Positions 1 through 13,260 of a stretch of DNA of 64,000 bases are shown here, piece by piece. Under the pieces are notes generated by a model. The model was given only the letters and a program-made list of their open reading frames with translations. It searched no databases and was not told the DNA's origin. The first letter of the stretch is position 1, and every line of letters starts with the position of its first letter. Source of the stretch: Lama glama (lineage: Eukaryota). The stretch covers positions 67,332,001 through 67,396,000 of the forward strand of contig CM052827.1 in assembly GCA_028534125.1 (NCBI GenBank), written 5' to 3'. The translations under genes and the position numbers were made by a program.

Positions 1-189
1 CATTCATCCAGGTATTCATTTTTTCATTCATTTATTCAGCAGAAATGGGTCAGAAACATGCCTAGGAACAAACTGACAATTGTGCTAAAATGTCATTGTT
101 AGCTAGACCATAACAAACTTTTTTTTCATAAATATTTGCATGGCACCTGACTTAATGGTGGGTCAAAACAATGTTTCCACAATGGGCTG

Positions 190-345
190 TGGATCTCCTG
201 CAACAGGATTATCTGAGATTCCTGTTAAAATGCAGACTCCCGGGCCATCTCAGCTCTGTCTGTAAGATAGCTCTGTGTGCAGTCCGTAGAAGAAGTTTAC
301 AGCTTAATGGATTCTCCAGATGATTCTTAAAGATCTCAAGTTTGC
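190..345. mobile_element. MER5A/B-like hAT-Charlie DNA transposon remnant
   Basis: tgttaaaatgcagactcccgggcc ... tctccagatgattctt resembles the MER5 internal consensus; ends are decayed. Confidence 0.5.
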
Positions 346-419
346 ACCTTGTCATTCTAGATACCCTTCTTCTTCAGGCCATCCGTTTCAACCCTCTTTG
401 CCACATGCACATATATAAC

Positions 420-1635
420 CACAAGTGAACTTCAAGAGGTGAAAACTACCATGTCTGGGGTGAAAAACACACTAGATGAAATTAACAAATTACACATTAT
501 TTTTTAAAACTAGTGAACTTGAAGACACGCTAATAGTAACTCTCCAAAGTGAAACATTCAAAGAAAAAAGTTTTAAAAAAGAAATCATAAGCTGTGGGAC
601 GACGGCAAGCAGCCTCATGTACGTGTAACTGGAGTTCCCACTGGGAGGAGGGTGCAACGGCCAAAGCATGGTCCACAAAAGGACCAACTGATGCACGGGA
701 AGTGAAAATTACAAGCTTCTGCTCTTTGAGAGGTCCTGCTGAAAAAATGGAAAGACAAGCCCCAGACTGGGAGAAAATGTCTGCAAGTCATATGTTTGAT
801 AGAAGACATATCTAGACTATATAATATAACTCTTAACTTAATAAGAAAACACACAAATAGCAAAAGATTTGAACAGACAACGCCACTTCTTTGAAGACAC
901 ATGGTTTGCAAATTGAGCACATGAAAGGATGCGCAATCGTGTAGTCACTAGGAAAGTGCAACTTAAAACCACAAAGAGATACAACTACACATCTATTAGG
1001 ATGACTGAAAATAAAAAGACTGACCGTACCAAGTGCTGACAAGGAATGTGGAGGAACCGGAAACTTCTTCATACATTGATGGTGGGAATATAAAATGGTG
1101 CAGCCATTTTGGAAAACAGCTTGGCAGTTTCTTAACAAGTTAAACATACACCTACCGCGTGATCCAGCCATTGTGCTCCTAGATATGTGCCCAGGAGAAA
1201 TAAAATCCTATGACCACACAAATACTTGTGCACAAATGTATACAGCAGTTTCATTCTCAATAGCCAAAAAACTGGTACATCCCAAATGTCCATCAACAGG
1301 TGAATGGGTAAATGAATGATAGTATATGCATATAATGGAACACTGCCCAGTGGTAAAGAGGAATGAACTATTGATACACACAGCATGTGTGAATCTGCAC
1401 ATAATTATACGGAGTGAAAGAAGGCAGACAAAAAAGGGTACATTCTGTAGGATTCCATTTATATAAAATTCTACAAAATGTGAACTAATGCACAGAGACA
1501 GAAAGCAGGTCAGTTGTTGCCTGGGGGATCAGGGTGAGGTGTACTCATATGTCAGAACATCAAATTATACACTTTAACTATATGAAGTTTATTGTACTGT
1601 TTATCGATGATAACTCAATAAAGCTGTTAAAAATG
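420..1635 (+). mobile_element. Old LINE-1 (L1M-type): ORF1-like fragment joined to ORF2 C-terminus and 3' UTR
   Basis: ORF 1095-1319 (VQPFWKTAWQFLNKLNIHLPRDPAIVLL...KCPSTGEWVN) matches the L1 ORF2p C-terminus; ends in aataaagctgttaaaaa; frameshifted. Confidence 0.9.
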
Positions 1636-2349
1636 ACTTGAAGATGGGAAGAGGGCAGTGGTGAATCAGGCTAAGGGCTGCCTCTTCAGATCCCCTGGGA
1701 CCTGAACCTAAAATTTAGGAGGGGAACACCTGGTTGCTCACACCCAGTGGTGCTTGACTTAAAACCAGCAATAAAGGACTGGGGCTGAAATACACTCGTC
1801 CGCTGTTAATGTCACTGCTATCCAAACATTGGGCACCTGATTTTTGTTACACTAAAAAGTTTTAAAGATGTTCCGCTTCCGTTGTGCTAAAGAAATAACT
1901 AGAGGGCCCCCACCTCTCTCAGTCTGGGTGTCTTCCAGCCAAGAGCACGTTGTGACAGTATGTGACGCCATCTTTACTTGGGAAACTCGGGGAAATCTAT
2001 ACGCAATTCTCTCAAACATCTTCAGAGCCTTTAAGCCTGGTCGCGCTCTGAAAATGACCGAGGTTGCGATGGTCACATTAAAACAAGCTATTCTGCTGTT
2101 TTAAACGTGACAACACCCACAGGGATTGCCCTGGACCTCCAGTCTCATGCACGTGCCCTGAATGGGGGCGAGAAGCCTCTCTCAGCGTCGGCTTCCACAC
2201 CTTCTGGCTCTGCCTGCCTCCTTAAAGGGACCTCCCACTGAAGTCAGCTTAAAAAGGACTCAGTTGTCCTCCTGACCCACCTCTATCTGCCATCGCCCAG
2301 ATCTGGCTGTCAGAACTGAATTACCCTGTGATGACGATGCTTGTGGATT

Positions 2350-2450
2350 CTCTCACTCATTCAACAGGTATTTATTGTACATTTACTGTGTTCGTGTGTT
2401 GCGTGAAACATACAAAACCTCTGCCGTCATGGATGTTGGGGGCGGGAGGA
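2350..2450 (-). mobile_element. L2 LINE 3' end fragment
   Basis: ctcactcattcaacaggtatttattg is the antisense L2 tail. Confidence 0.6.
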
Positions 2451-4279
2451 GACGGAAATTAAGTAAATGCAGAATGAAAGACGACCCGTGGACCTGGAAG
2501 CATGACACTGAATAGGCTGCACTCAGTAAGGTTAAAGCAGAGAGCACTTTGTGCCGGTGGCTTCTTTACACGTTGAGTGGGTCGGTTTGCCCTGGAGTAG
2601 TCCACCGTGTCCCCGCACACCAGGGACGTACCACAGGCTCTCCACGTGGCCTCCAGCACCTTCTTCGGACAGACCCTTCCCCTGGCCTCCTCTGCTTCGG
2701 CCCTCCTACGCTGCCAGGCCGTGCTGTGAGCCACGGTCCGTGGACCTGGTTTTCCACAGGCTGTGTGCACGGCCTAGCCTCCAGCTTTGGCACGAGGGCT
2801 TTCTGGCACCTCCTGCTCTGTACTCAGCCTCGGTTCCTGCGTCTGCAGCTGAAACCAAATCAGAAAGCATTCCCCTCAGACAAGGAGAGATTGCTGACAT
2901 CGTAGGGCAGGGAGCAGCCAAGAAGTTCATGTAATTCAGGTGGAAAACAGATCTTCCCTCTCATTCAAAATTCAAATGGTCAGTAGTGACTGCCTGGAAT
3001 GAGATGAGTCATGAGGCTCAGGATCAAGTTAAGGGGCCCCGAACGATGACCGGGGTCAGCCAAAGCCGAGGGACAGGGCGATGCAGCAGCATGATGTGCA
3101 GTGCCTGCCAAATCCAGTCATTTTGAGGCTGAGGAGTGAGGCCCAGTGGGAGGGCTCTTGGAGGTCTCTGCTCTGCAAAATGAGGCTCAGGCTTCTGAGC
3201 TGATAGTCAAGACCATGAGACTCAGCTCCAGCACAGAGGTCCAGCCTTACCTTCTGCTACCTCCCCGGCCCTCAGCCTTGGCTGATCTCGGCTATTTTGA
3301 GATCAGCAACAATGGACTCCTTGTCCTTCCCCAAACTGATTTTGTTTGCTGAAGGCCATTTCCTCTGCATAGAATGGCCTATGCCCAATTTCCCCACCGA
3401 AACGCTGGCTCCTGTAGGAACCCTCCTGGCGCCCCTCACCCCGAGCTCGCCCACAGCACTTGACCACACCTCCGCCACAGCGCCGGTGCAGCCTGCCAGC
3501 CACCAAGGAAAGATGCAAGTGTGATGCCCTCCGTGATGGGAGCTGCTGCATCTCTCCCCACTTCTCTTCTCTGCTGCCTCTTTAATGGTAAATTCCCTGA
3601 TCTTCAGCTGATTGCACAGTGACAGAAGAAAGACAAGATTTCCAAGCCTCTCTTGGTGTGAGCCTGGGAAGGACCAGGGGCAATGAGCCTCATGCAAAAG
3701 GAAGCTATATGAACAAGTACAATATTTACTGAGCTGTTAGGCACGTGGTGGATGAACCACTAAAGCGTTTCCAGGAGGACGTTTTCACCACTGGACTCAG
3801 TAAAGCGTTCTCTTCCTTGAACATCCGTAACACCGTATTGTAACCAAATCTCAAACCTTCCCTGCTTTTTATTACGACGGCTTAAAAGCTCACCTCGTGC
3901 TCCTTAGTAATGTTCCTCTCCTTAAGGTCAGGGGCCGCAGCTGACTTACCCTGGTGTCCTCCAAGGCACCTCAGGAGCGGGCAGGCACTGCTGGATTGCT
4001 TCTGCCCTGACAGAGGTGAGGAACGGCTCAGAAACGCACTCAAACAATGACTTCAAATCCATATTCATTTTCCAGCCCGGCCCTGCGTCGGTCTAATCAC
4101 TCTAGGTGGCACCACTTCCTCTAATTTACTCCCAGTGGTCGATAAACATCAGGCACGTGGCCCATCATCTCGGCGTCCAGCACGCGAGGCTGAGGCGTAG
4201 AGCTGACGAGGGCGGGCCCGCTCGGGGGGTGGGGGGGCCTGGTGCCGGCTTCCTCCCGCAGAAACCCCATCGTGTCTCC

Positions 4280-4520
4280 TAGTTGTTAAACAAAGTAAAA
4301 ACCCACCTGCTCAGCCTGAGCAACTGTTTTCAATCAATAATTAAGTAACGTTAAGGTCCCGATCTATACAAACTTATCAATATTTTCACTGAAAAGGAAT
4401 CAATACAGACAGAGGGAAGCAGCCAAGTAAACCCTTTAATGGCTGCACCTGGGCTGTGAGAAGTAAATGAATTGATTGAATGAGTGGCCAGCATTGGCCT
4501 GCCAATGCAATTCTTTCTTC
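4280..4520. promoter_or_regulatory. Candidate enhancer: ONECUT/CUX, HNF1-like and FOX motif cluster
   Basis: AATCAATA 4332 and 4398, TTATCAATA 4374, ATTGATT 4471, TAATTAAGTAAC 4338, AAGTAAAC 4425, AAGTAAAT 4461 in a non-repetitive AT-rich block. Confidence 0.4.
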
Positions 4521-5104
4521 ACTTTCATAAACGTGCCTGACAACCTAGTTTAACGCTCTCCCTTGGTGTCCTGTTCCTTTGATAAAGTTCTGTTCTAAAT
4601 GTTCTCCTCCAGGGGGGCACTGGCTTATGCTAATGCAAGGAAAGTTCTGGAGTTCACACTGATTGATATCTAAAATTCTGTGTCAGTGCTTTTCACAAAA
4701 CTCCAATCCTGGCAAACCTGTGCGAGACACATAATTGTTCTTTCCCACTCCGTAGATGGGGGAACGAGGGCTTTAGGAGAGTGGAATCAGCCCTTGTGCC
4801 ATCACGATAGCCAGTGAGGGCTGGCGCCAGTGCTCTCACCTCGTTCCAGTGTCCCCTGCCCTCTCCAGTCTCCTGGTCCTGCCACGCTGTGTTCTAACAT
4901 CATCCAGTCTGCCCTTCTCGCCGCGGCGGGCCCTGCTGCTGCCGCTCAGCGCTTGGTGGTGGAGACTGGCCTCAGGGTGGAGGAAGCCACGACGTGAAAT
5001 GCATAATCCCCTTCTTTCCATTTTGGCCACTTGTCATCACTCAGAAGAGTCCTAGAGATTTGTCCTCAGCATCCACAGAAGCCACCAGCTCTATAAACTC
5101 AGTG

Positions 5105-5286
5105 AGCTTGGGCTGAAACCCCAGCTCCATGATTTACTAGGTGTACCGCTCTTGGGCGAGTGATTTACCCCGTCTGAGCCTCAGTGTCAGTGTTTTCACA
5201 CTGGGAAGAGCATTAGGTGTGTTGTGAGGATTAAATGAGGTTATCCACGTAGAGCTTGGTGTCGCACATGTTAGTTATTACTATTA
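5105..5286 (+). mobile_element. MIR SINE
   Basis: ttgggcgagtgatttaccccgtctgagcctcag ... gttgtgaggattaaatgag ... ttattactatta: MIR core and tail. Confidence 0.8.
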
Positions 5287-6122
5287 TCTTCTCAGAGCAA
5301 ATTTCATTCTGCAAAAGCAACTTAGAAACAAATCTGATGAAGAAAAGAGGATGTTCCAGTTCGGGGTGGTGTCAGTCACTAAACGCAGCTCTGAGATGCC
5401 CCTGCAGGTGCGCCCTGCGGCCGCGGAGCATCGCCACATCCTCAGGTAAGCGTGCAGTCTCCCAGGGGACCATTTCAAAGGCAAAAACACTTTTGGATAT
5501 GTGATTTCTGGACGTTTTTGAAAATCGCATCCCATGAGCCCTTCAGTGGCAGGATCTCACAGACAGAATGTGGAGAGGAGGAAGCGAGCAAAACAAGGGT
5601 AAATGCGGTTCAACTCCATCAACATGAAGTTCAGCAACAGGCTAGACCAGTCCTCGGGGACAGGCGGAGGGGCAGCGGTCACCTCTAGGGAAGAGGTGCT
5701 GGCGAGAAAGGGCCGAGGGAGCCCTCTGGAGGCTTAAAATGCCCCAGATCTTGCATTGGGTAGAGTGAACCTGTATCAAGCCGAACACTTAAGATTAGGC
5801 ACTCTGCTGTACTTACGTCATGCCTCAAAGACTTTTTTGAGTCATACTTGTTTTTTGTTCCACTGGTGCCTCCTCTCAGTGTCCGTGCTGCCTCTGCGCC
5901 CCTGGCGTGGAGCTGGCCTCCTCCTGGAACACAGGGCCAGGCCAGTGGGAAACGTTCAGCTGGAGACAACTGTCGGCCGGCCACAGATGTCTGTGCAGAC
6001 TGCTGGCTTCCAAAGCAGGGCCAGCCCTCACATACAGAGCTTATCTGTAGATTAGATTTCACATTTGCTAAAGAGAAGTGAAAATTCTTTGCCAAGCTCC
6101 AATTTCGAGATCTTTAGATGCA

Positions 6123-6123
<1 letters not shown>

Positions 6124-6156
<33 letters not shown>
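6124..6156. repeat. (TG)16 microsatellite
   Basis: Perfect TG run read directly. Confidence 0.98.
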
Positions 6157-6157
<1 letters not shown>

Positions 6158-7719
6158 CCTTTCTGTCCATGTAGACACGCAAGCTGGCCTTCCCTCGTAC
6201 TTCGGGGAAGTTTTTCTGAAATGTGCATGCTGTTGGCGTTTATTAAGTAGACCACATGTGGGAGAGGACAGGTCTGCATCTTTACCACTTTAACGAAACA
6301 CCAGAGACCGCCGACCTGGAGGGGCCTTGGCAGTAGAGGTCATTCGGTGCGTCTTCCCTCCCTTTCAGCATCCTTTCAGTGGCATCCCTGACCGAGGGCG
6401 GCGACACGACAATGAAGTTTAATTAAGACGCCCAGAGAGGTTCTGTCTTGTTGGCCATGGGGTCATCCGAGGATGTGGGAGGCTGAAGGGTAGGTTTGGG
6501 CCGGGAAAGGAAAGAGCCGCCAAACAGCTTTTGGATGTGATCAGTGCGGACCCACCCTTGGCTCCCCTCGGGCTGTCGCCTGGTCTTCTAAAGCACGCCG
6601 CCCTGTGTTTACAGCAATTCAGCGCTTGGGTTGTCGGCAGTAGGTGTGTCAGAGAAACGCAGAAGTTGCGCTGGCATTTTAGGTCGGCTCTGCCCTTCAG
6701 CAGCAACGGAATCTTCCCTCCGTGACATCTGCCCTGTCACCCAGGGCCCGTCAGCCGCCCTCCGCTGCTCGGAGCCACTGTGCACTTTCTTTCTTTGTAA
6801 ATATTTTTTTCAAAGGTTTACTTTTTGAAAGAGTAAATACACACTCTCCTCCATAAAGGCTGAAACTCCCCTTTTCCATCTCTCTCTCTGCCCTTCTTGG
6901 AATTGCCTCTCCCCTGCGGAGCACAGCTGAGAAATGCCCACTTACGCTCTGCAGAAGGGCTCTCCGTGCGGCAGGGTGGAGACCCTCCAGCTACAGAGTG
7001 ACCTGCAAATTGCAGAAAGCACTTACTAGCTGCTGGTGGGTCCCAGTCGTGAATAATCGTTGATCGGCAGGGTCTGAAAGTTGGGTAATTAATGCTCGGA
7101 GAGGTGCGGAAGACGTCCTAGAAGAAAGGGAATGGTTCCACGGCTCCAGTCCATTCCATCACAGTTTAAGTGCTTGCTACCGTATGTCTCTTTTAGAATG
7201 GGAACAACCTGGTTAACATCTATACAGCAGAAGGTAGCGATTGATAATGCACATCAGTGTTAAGCAGACCTCGGGTTCTGTCCTGTTACAGAGCTGGCTA
7301 GAGCAGCCGTTAGAGAACTAGAAAGCCACCTGAAGCTTTACAGAGAGACACCAGAGTTAGCGAACGTTATAGCAGCAAAGGCCTTTCCCCCACATCGTAT
7401 GTGAAATACTTGCCTGGACCACATCACCCCCAGAATGCTTAATGCAGTGTTCAGTGCCCAAAGCCCTGAAAACACAGCAGCCATTGCTCCCAGGTCTGGT
7501 GATAAGAATATAATAAGAAAGGAAAAACCAAGCACTCACACAGCACAGAAGGAGGAAGGAGAGCCCGCGTCTCCCAGACGCGCACTGCGAATGCGGCCCC
7601 ACGCTCGGGCAAGAGCGATGGCAATCTTTTAAGATGTTGTAAGGATTAAATTAAGCAAGAGGCACAGAGAACCCCAGCACAATGCCTGGCATTTAGCAGA
7701 AATGTGATAAATTGCAGAC

Positions 7720-7820
7720 GTGTGTTTACACACACACACGCAGGTACACGTACACACTTACATGTACGTAAGTATATACACACATCCACGTATGTGTCTG
7801 CGTGTGTGTGTGTGTTTACA
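7720..7820. repeat. CA/TG low-complexity inverted repeat
   Basis: acacacacacacgcag (7728-7743) is the exact reverse complement of ctgcgtgtgtgtgtgt (7798-7813). Confidence 0.9.
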
Positions 7821-8084
7821 TATAAAACTGTCTTTTTTAAGGCTACAGCAATCTTGTTAGCTAAGGTTGAAACATTCCTATTTCCTTTGCTAAAATAGGA
7901 ATCAGTAGAACATTCAAACATCACAGGAAGATGAAAGGGTGAACGCAGACGTCTCCCAAAGCCAGCTGCCCAGCATTTTGTTGAAAACCCGTCCACACCC
8001 TCCTTTCTACACACGCACGCACGTTTACATGAGTGACGCCATACTGTGTATGCGCTCTGCAACCTGCCTCTTGAGTTCAACAGC

Positions 8085-8250
8085 TGTCCTGGCGCCTGCG
8101 AGGCAGGCACTGTTGTTTCCGTCTGGGGGCAGTTGAGAAATCCAAGGCTCAGAGAAGCTGAGTGCATCTGCCCAAGGTCAGTCATTTTTCTACCAAGGGA
8201 GCAGAGCCAAAATCTAAAAATACACCTCTCTGACCCAAACACATACTCTC
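8085..8250 (-). mobile_element. MIR SINE
   Basis: gagaaatccaaggctcagagaagctgagtgcatctgcccaaggtca is the antisense MIR core. Confidence 0.7.
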
Positions 8251-9504
8251 TCCACACAAAGGAGAAGTAGACAGTTAGCCCTAGTAATTGCAAATGTCCC
8301 TTAAGAAAGATTCAAGTGTACACAGATCTACTGCTCTGCACCTTTCTGGCAGCTTGGCTGCAGACACATGAATGGCAGGCCTGTCCTGTTGGGAGTAATT
8401 TTAAAAAGAGAGAACCGGGGTTTGGGAATAGAGGCGGGAGGTGAAACAGATGGCAAAGAAAAAGGAGAAGGTTTTGCACTGCAGCCTTGGGAAAGATAAG
8501 GGAAGAGGAGGGGAGGCGGTCCTGCCTCAGAACTCCCCCTGTCTCTGAGGAGGGAGTCGGGGGCTGGCAGGGGGAGCCGGGAGGGGAGCTCGCTCGCGCA
8601 GACCCATGAGTCTAGTCCCCGAGCCCGGGGGGGGGGGCAGAGCGCCGGCTACCTCCTCGGCAGAGCACAGGTGAGGCTCTCCAAGGCCTTTTCCAGCTCC
8701 CGCAGCTGAGTCACTTTGATTCCACTGCACAGACTGGAGATGACATCAGAAAGGAGGGCTCCCAGCCACAGAATGAGAAAGGCACGGACATTTGGCTGGA
8801 GGATGCGAATCACATAACAACGCTCGTCAGCATGCATATCACCTTTAATGAAGCAGAGCAAGTCAACAGCCATCCTGTTGAAACAGTGGGGAAGGCAGGT
8901 ACTGAACGGTTCCTCAGACTAAATGCAGAAAGGCAGCTAAGTGTAACGTGCATCGCTGCTGATGGGGGAGCTCCGACCGGCCGCATTTAGTGTCTACTTT
9001 TATGGCTCGTCCTCTTTAATACGAAAGTATCTGTAAGAGCTTTCATATGAATAGTCCTGACCTTCGTCTTAATTCTTCATTCTCCTTAAAGGTCTTCATT
9101 TCCTCAGAAGTGAATCTCCTTACCGCAAGGGTTTCCAAGTCCCGAGACCCACAGCTGAGACGTTTCTGCTTAGACGGGAAAGTATCATTTAGCCAGACTC
9201 AGCTCCTTTGGAATTTATAATAAGCACACCAGTTGTTTGAAACTTACTTGTGTACTAACTGAGCAACGAAGAAAATCAATTTGTATTATATAACATAAAT
9301 GTATATCATAAACAAGCTTGGGGAAGACGCACGTCTGCTTCATCCCAGGCAGGCAATAAATGTGTGCTGAATGGACATTGTTATTTAAGCTGTGTTATTC
9401 CTAGAGTTTTTGGCAATGACAACTGTTGATTTTGAATGCACTTCTGCTGTACGTCAGGATGAGCTGGACCAGAGCTCTGCCCGCTGACCCCGGCCGTTAG
9501 CTGG

Positions 9505-10421
9505 CAGAGCGGGCCTCACGGGTGTGCAGTCCTGTGTGGTTGGCCCTGTGCTTGGTTTCATGGCCTCCTGTCACTGCACTGAAATTTTTAATAATTTTAT
9601 CTTTGACCTTGTGTTTTGTGAGTCCAGCTTGGGGAACAGTGGAGCGTGAGCTGGGGTGGAGGAGCTATGTTCACACGTGTCTTCTCCTTTCCATGTCGTT
9701 CCATTTGCACGTGGCGTCCACAGCACCCCATGAGCACAGGGCTCCAGGGGACCCATGGCGTGTGGGAGTTCAGCACTCTCAGAGCAGGCCCAGGGTGAGT
9801 GTGTTCTGTCTGTGACTGAGATGAACCAAATGCTGCTTCAAAAGCAGAAGGAAGTCAGAGGCATTCTGAAAAATACAAATGCCAGGAAGCACCGCCAGGC
9901 CCTTCCTCACCCCCTTCACTTACACCGACAGCGACGGCACAGGAGGAGAGGAAAGACAGCAAGCCTTCAGTCCTCTTGCCTTCATCTTCCTTCCTCCTCG
10001 GGAAGCCACAGGTGGAAAGTGTTAGCAGAGCGTACACGTATCGAGAAGTGAAGGAGAGTTAATTTTGTGCAGGGTTCCCAGTCTTCTGGTAATGCACACG
10101 CGTGTACAAGCTGTAAAATACAAATTGAGTGATTTCAGTGACCTGCAAACATGTTCAGTGCACTTATCTTTGCCTTTAAAATGGGCATTGCACAGTATAA
10201 TGATGAACAATGGAATTCATGCCAATAATTTAAGTTTTTCTTTATTTGCAATGACATAAAATACCAAATGAAAAACACTATGACAAACTGAAAGAGAAAG
10301 ACTGTACAAGGAGGGAAGAAAGCTTTGCATTGTAGAAACTTGCAGCACTCTTTCCGGCCGTTTCCCCAGGGGCCCCGTGTTTTAATTGCACTGAGCCCCA
10401 CGGCTTGCATCACCCACCCTG
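9505..10421 (+). mobile_element. MER45B/C-like hAT-Tip100 non-autonomous DNA transposon, near full length
   Basis: MER45-like left end (cagagcgggcctcacgggtgtgca...tgaaatttttaataattttt) and right end (ggggccccgtgttttaattgcactgagcccca...ccctg), about 920 bp apart. Confidence 0.75.
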
Positions 10422-11689
10422 ACTGTGTTCATCTGAGAGTAGAAACAGTTGCCTTATTGCCTCCGCTCACTGCTCCGTTCTCCTGACGAGCGTTCGGCGT
10501 GCCGGCGCGCGAGGAGCGTGCCGGGGCTGGGAGCGCGCTGATGAGCAAAGGGGGGTGGTCTCTGCACCCGGCCTCCCAGTCTGCTGTTCTTGCTAGAAAT
10601 AGGTCTCTGCTTTATGTCTGAGCGTCCTCTGAGTCAGGGAGACTTTCCCTATCAGGGCTAAACCAGGGAGGCGGGGCTTCCTGCTCACGGCAGCAAGGAA
10701 GCCCTCTTGTTAGATGTCTGAGTCCCGTCCGCACGGGTGCTTTTAGCTCTCACGGCAGCCCCGCAGCCACGTGGGGCACGGGAGCCGGGGTGAGGGTCCA
10801 GGACAGGGACAGCCTGGGAGTCCGCGTGCCTGGGTTTCACCCTAATTCTTACCTCTGGCTAGTTCTACACCTTATTCGCACCTGTTCCGTTGTCCCCACC
10901 TGGAAAAGGAGGACGTGCCGGCCTCACCGCTGTCGGGGTTAGAGCGATGTGTAACCGGCGACGGGCCGCCCAGCCTCAGCCTGCTCCGTAGAGAGGGTCT
11001 GCGCGCTTCCCGGGGGTCGGCATTTCTGTGTCTCACGAGGGTTGAGACACGAAAGAGCTGACCTCCAGGGACAGTGCAGTGTGGCCCGCGGGCTGGAAGA
11101 CGCTGGGGCGGGAGTGGGGCAGGAATGCAGAGCCACGGGGAGCGGCTCTGCGGGGCCAGGCTGCGCTCCCAGCTCAGGGCCGCCCGGGAGACGGTGCCTG
11201 CCGCTCTGCTCGGTCCGGCCAGAGGACACTCCGGTCTGAACCACTCTGTATGGTCACCCGGTCCCGGCACACACAGCGAGTCCCGTAGCATGGTAAACCA
11301 AGGCCTGTCTTGTCACTGGCCGCAGCCCTCGGAACTCAGTGCCCAGCTTCGTCCCTCGCTGCTGGCAGAGGTCCCGGGGAGGAACAGATACTTGCCGTCG
11401 TGAGGGGGTTGTGAGGACAGAACACCCACCCTTGCCGCAGGGGTGGGGGCTGCAGGAAACACTGCGCCAGTGACAAAACGAGAAGCCGAAGGTCGGGGAC
11501 CTGGGCACAGATTTCCCAGTAGTTAGCCTCCATGCCCTCGGGGGGTCACTCAGCTTTCTAGGCCTTGGTTTCCTATTAAATCAAAATCGAATAAGGATAT
11601 TTCCTAGAGCAACGAAATCTCACACAACTTTTAAAAAACCTTTTGTCTATTGTCTTCTCCAATCAGTTCTTTCCAAAAACCAAGCCACT

Positions 11690-11792
11690 GTTCAGAAGTC
11701 AGGGACCACGTCTCTTTTATCCTTGATTCTCCCCTGCGCGGCAGGGTGCCTGGCGCACAGTAGGCGCTCGAGGCATGTGTACTGAAGGAACG
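11690..11792 (+). mobile_element. L2 LINE 3' end
   Basis: agggaccacgtctcttttatcc...gtgcctggcgcacagtaggcgctc matches the L2 3' terminus. Confidence 0.75.
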
Positions 11793-12879
11793 TTTCTCTG
11801 GACCGCCTCTGTGAGTGGGCGTTGCCCCCTACAACCTCTTCCCGGAGGGGAGAGGCAGAAATCTCTGGTAGCATAACAAGAGGGAGGAAGATTCTAATAG
11901 CTGATGACACAGAACACGTTAAAGCAGTCCTCAGTCGCCATGCATTAAGTCTTTTTAATGTAGCTTTTAAACAGCTTTTCTTATTAGCCAAATGATACAC
12001 AGCAATCCTTTACCTCTCCTGTGTCAGATTAGCAGCTATTTCAAGTAAGTGCTAACGCTTCTGTCACTGGCAAGAGTGAATTATGTTTTCCCTCCCAAGC
12101 TTGCATCAACACGCCCAACACGTGGGCTGCACACGCCTCTCTAATGGGACAGTGCGAGGTGCCACCGCTCTGGGATCACGAAGCAGCTCCACATCCCGCA
12201 GAGGGCTGTGTCCGCCCACCTGGCAGCCGCGCGGGGCCAGGCAGCCACGCAGGCTGAGAGAATGGATGAGCTGCGGGGTCACGCGGCTGAGCAACACGGC
12301 ACCTACAGCCTCTCTGCTTTGTTCTATAAATAACCTGCACAGAAAATTCGAGACATGGTTATCCCTCGCGCATCTGTGTCAGGGACGCGGACAGTACAGG
12401 GGAGACCAGTTTTTTTTATGAGCAAACTCCCCTTCTTTATAAATCTGGGAAGTCTTCCCCCCGGAAAAGCCAGTTGTGTGACACGAACTTCTCACTTTTA
12501 CAAGCCAGTTGATCCCGGTCTGTCAGAGAGAGCTCAAATTAAGAGGAAAAACTGCAATAAAAATGCGTATTTCTTAGCGGGTGTGAGAAGCAAGACAACA
12601 AGCCCCAAACGGAGGCGCTGGGCCCCACACACCCAACCAGGATTTAGCTACAGGTCCGGCCGCCCCAGAAGTGGCGCCGTAAACCCGCTGATCACAGGAT
12701 GCCTGGTCAGGTGGTCCGTCTGCTTCAAGTAACCTCCTCGCTCCTGCTCCCTCTGCCTGTGCACGTCTGTCTCCTGCACAGCTGCTCAGAGCTTCCTTCT
12801 GTCTGCTGGACTGGATGCTGCCCAGTTCATGAATCATTGAAAAAGCCAATAAGACCTTTGCAATTTATTCATCTGAAGT

Positions 12880-13260
12880 TTTTTTTCGTTGCTGGTGAAC
12901 GTGTTGTGGTCCTGGATCTCTGTTCTTGTCTGTTGCCCCTCCTCTCACTCTGAGTCCCCGCGGGCCGACCTCTGGACGGCTGCCCATCCCTCGTCCCCTC
13001 CTTCTGCTGGAGTGACCCCCCTGTCATGGGCCTGCAGGACTCCTGTCCCCAGGGCAGTGCTGGAGACAGATCTCTTCTCTGCTCCCCAGCACTTGGTACC
13101 TCCCCCCACCAGCACGTCCAAACCGATCTATTTTCCTCTTTTTATTTGTATATAATCTCATCCCCTCCATGAGCTGGTAAGTTTCTTGAAATCAGAAACT
13201 ATTTTTATTTTTTGAATTTCGGGCATGTATTAGAAGCCCAGTAAATGCTGAATCAGTTGT
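12880..13260 (+). mobile_element. Degraded L2 fragments
   Basis: Pyrimidine-rich L2-like body, then gtaagtttcttgaaatcagaaactatttt...cagtaaatgctgaat L2-like end. Confidence 0.45.

Noticed and set aside
4606-4621. CTCF-like cctccaggggggcac (and a similar site at ~19597)
   Set aside because: An extra G breaks the core spacing
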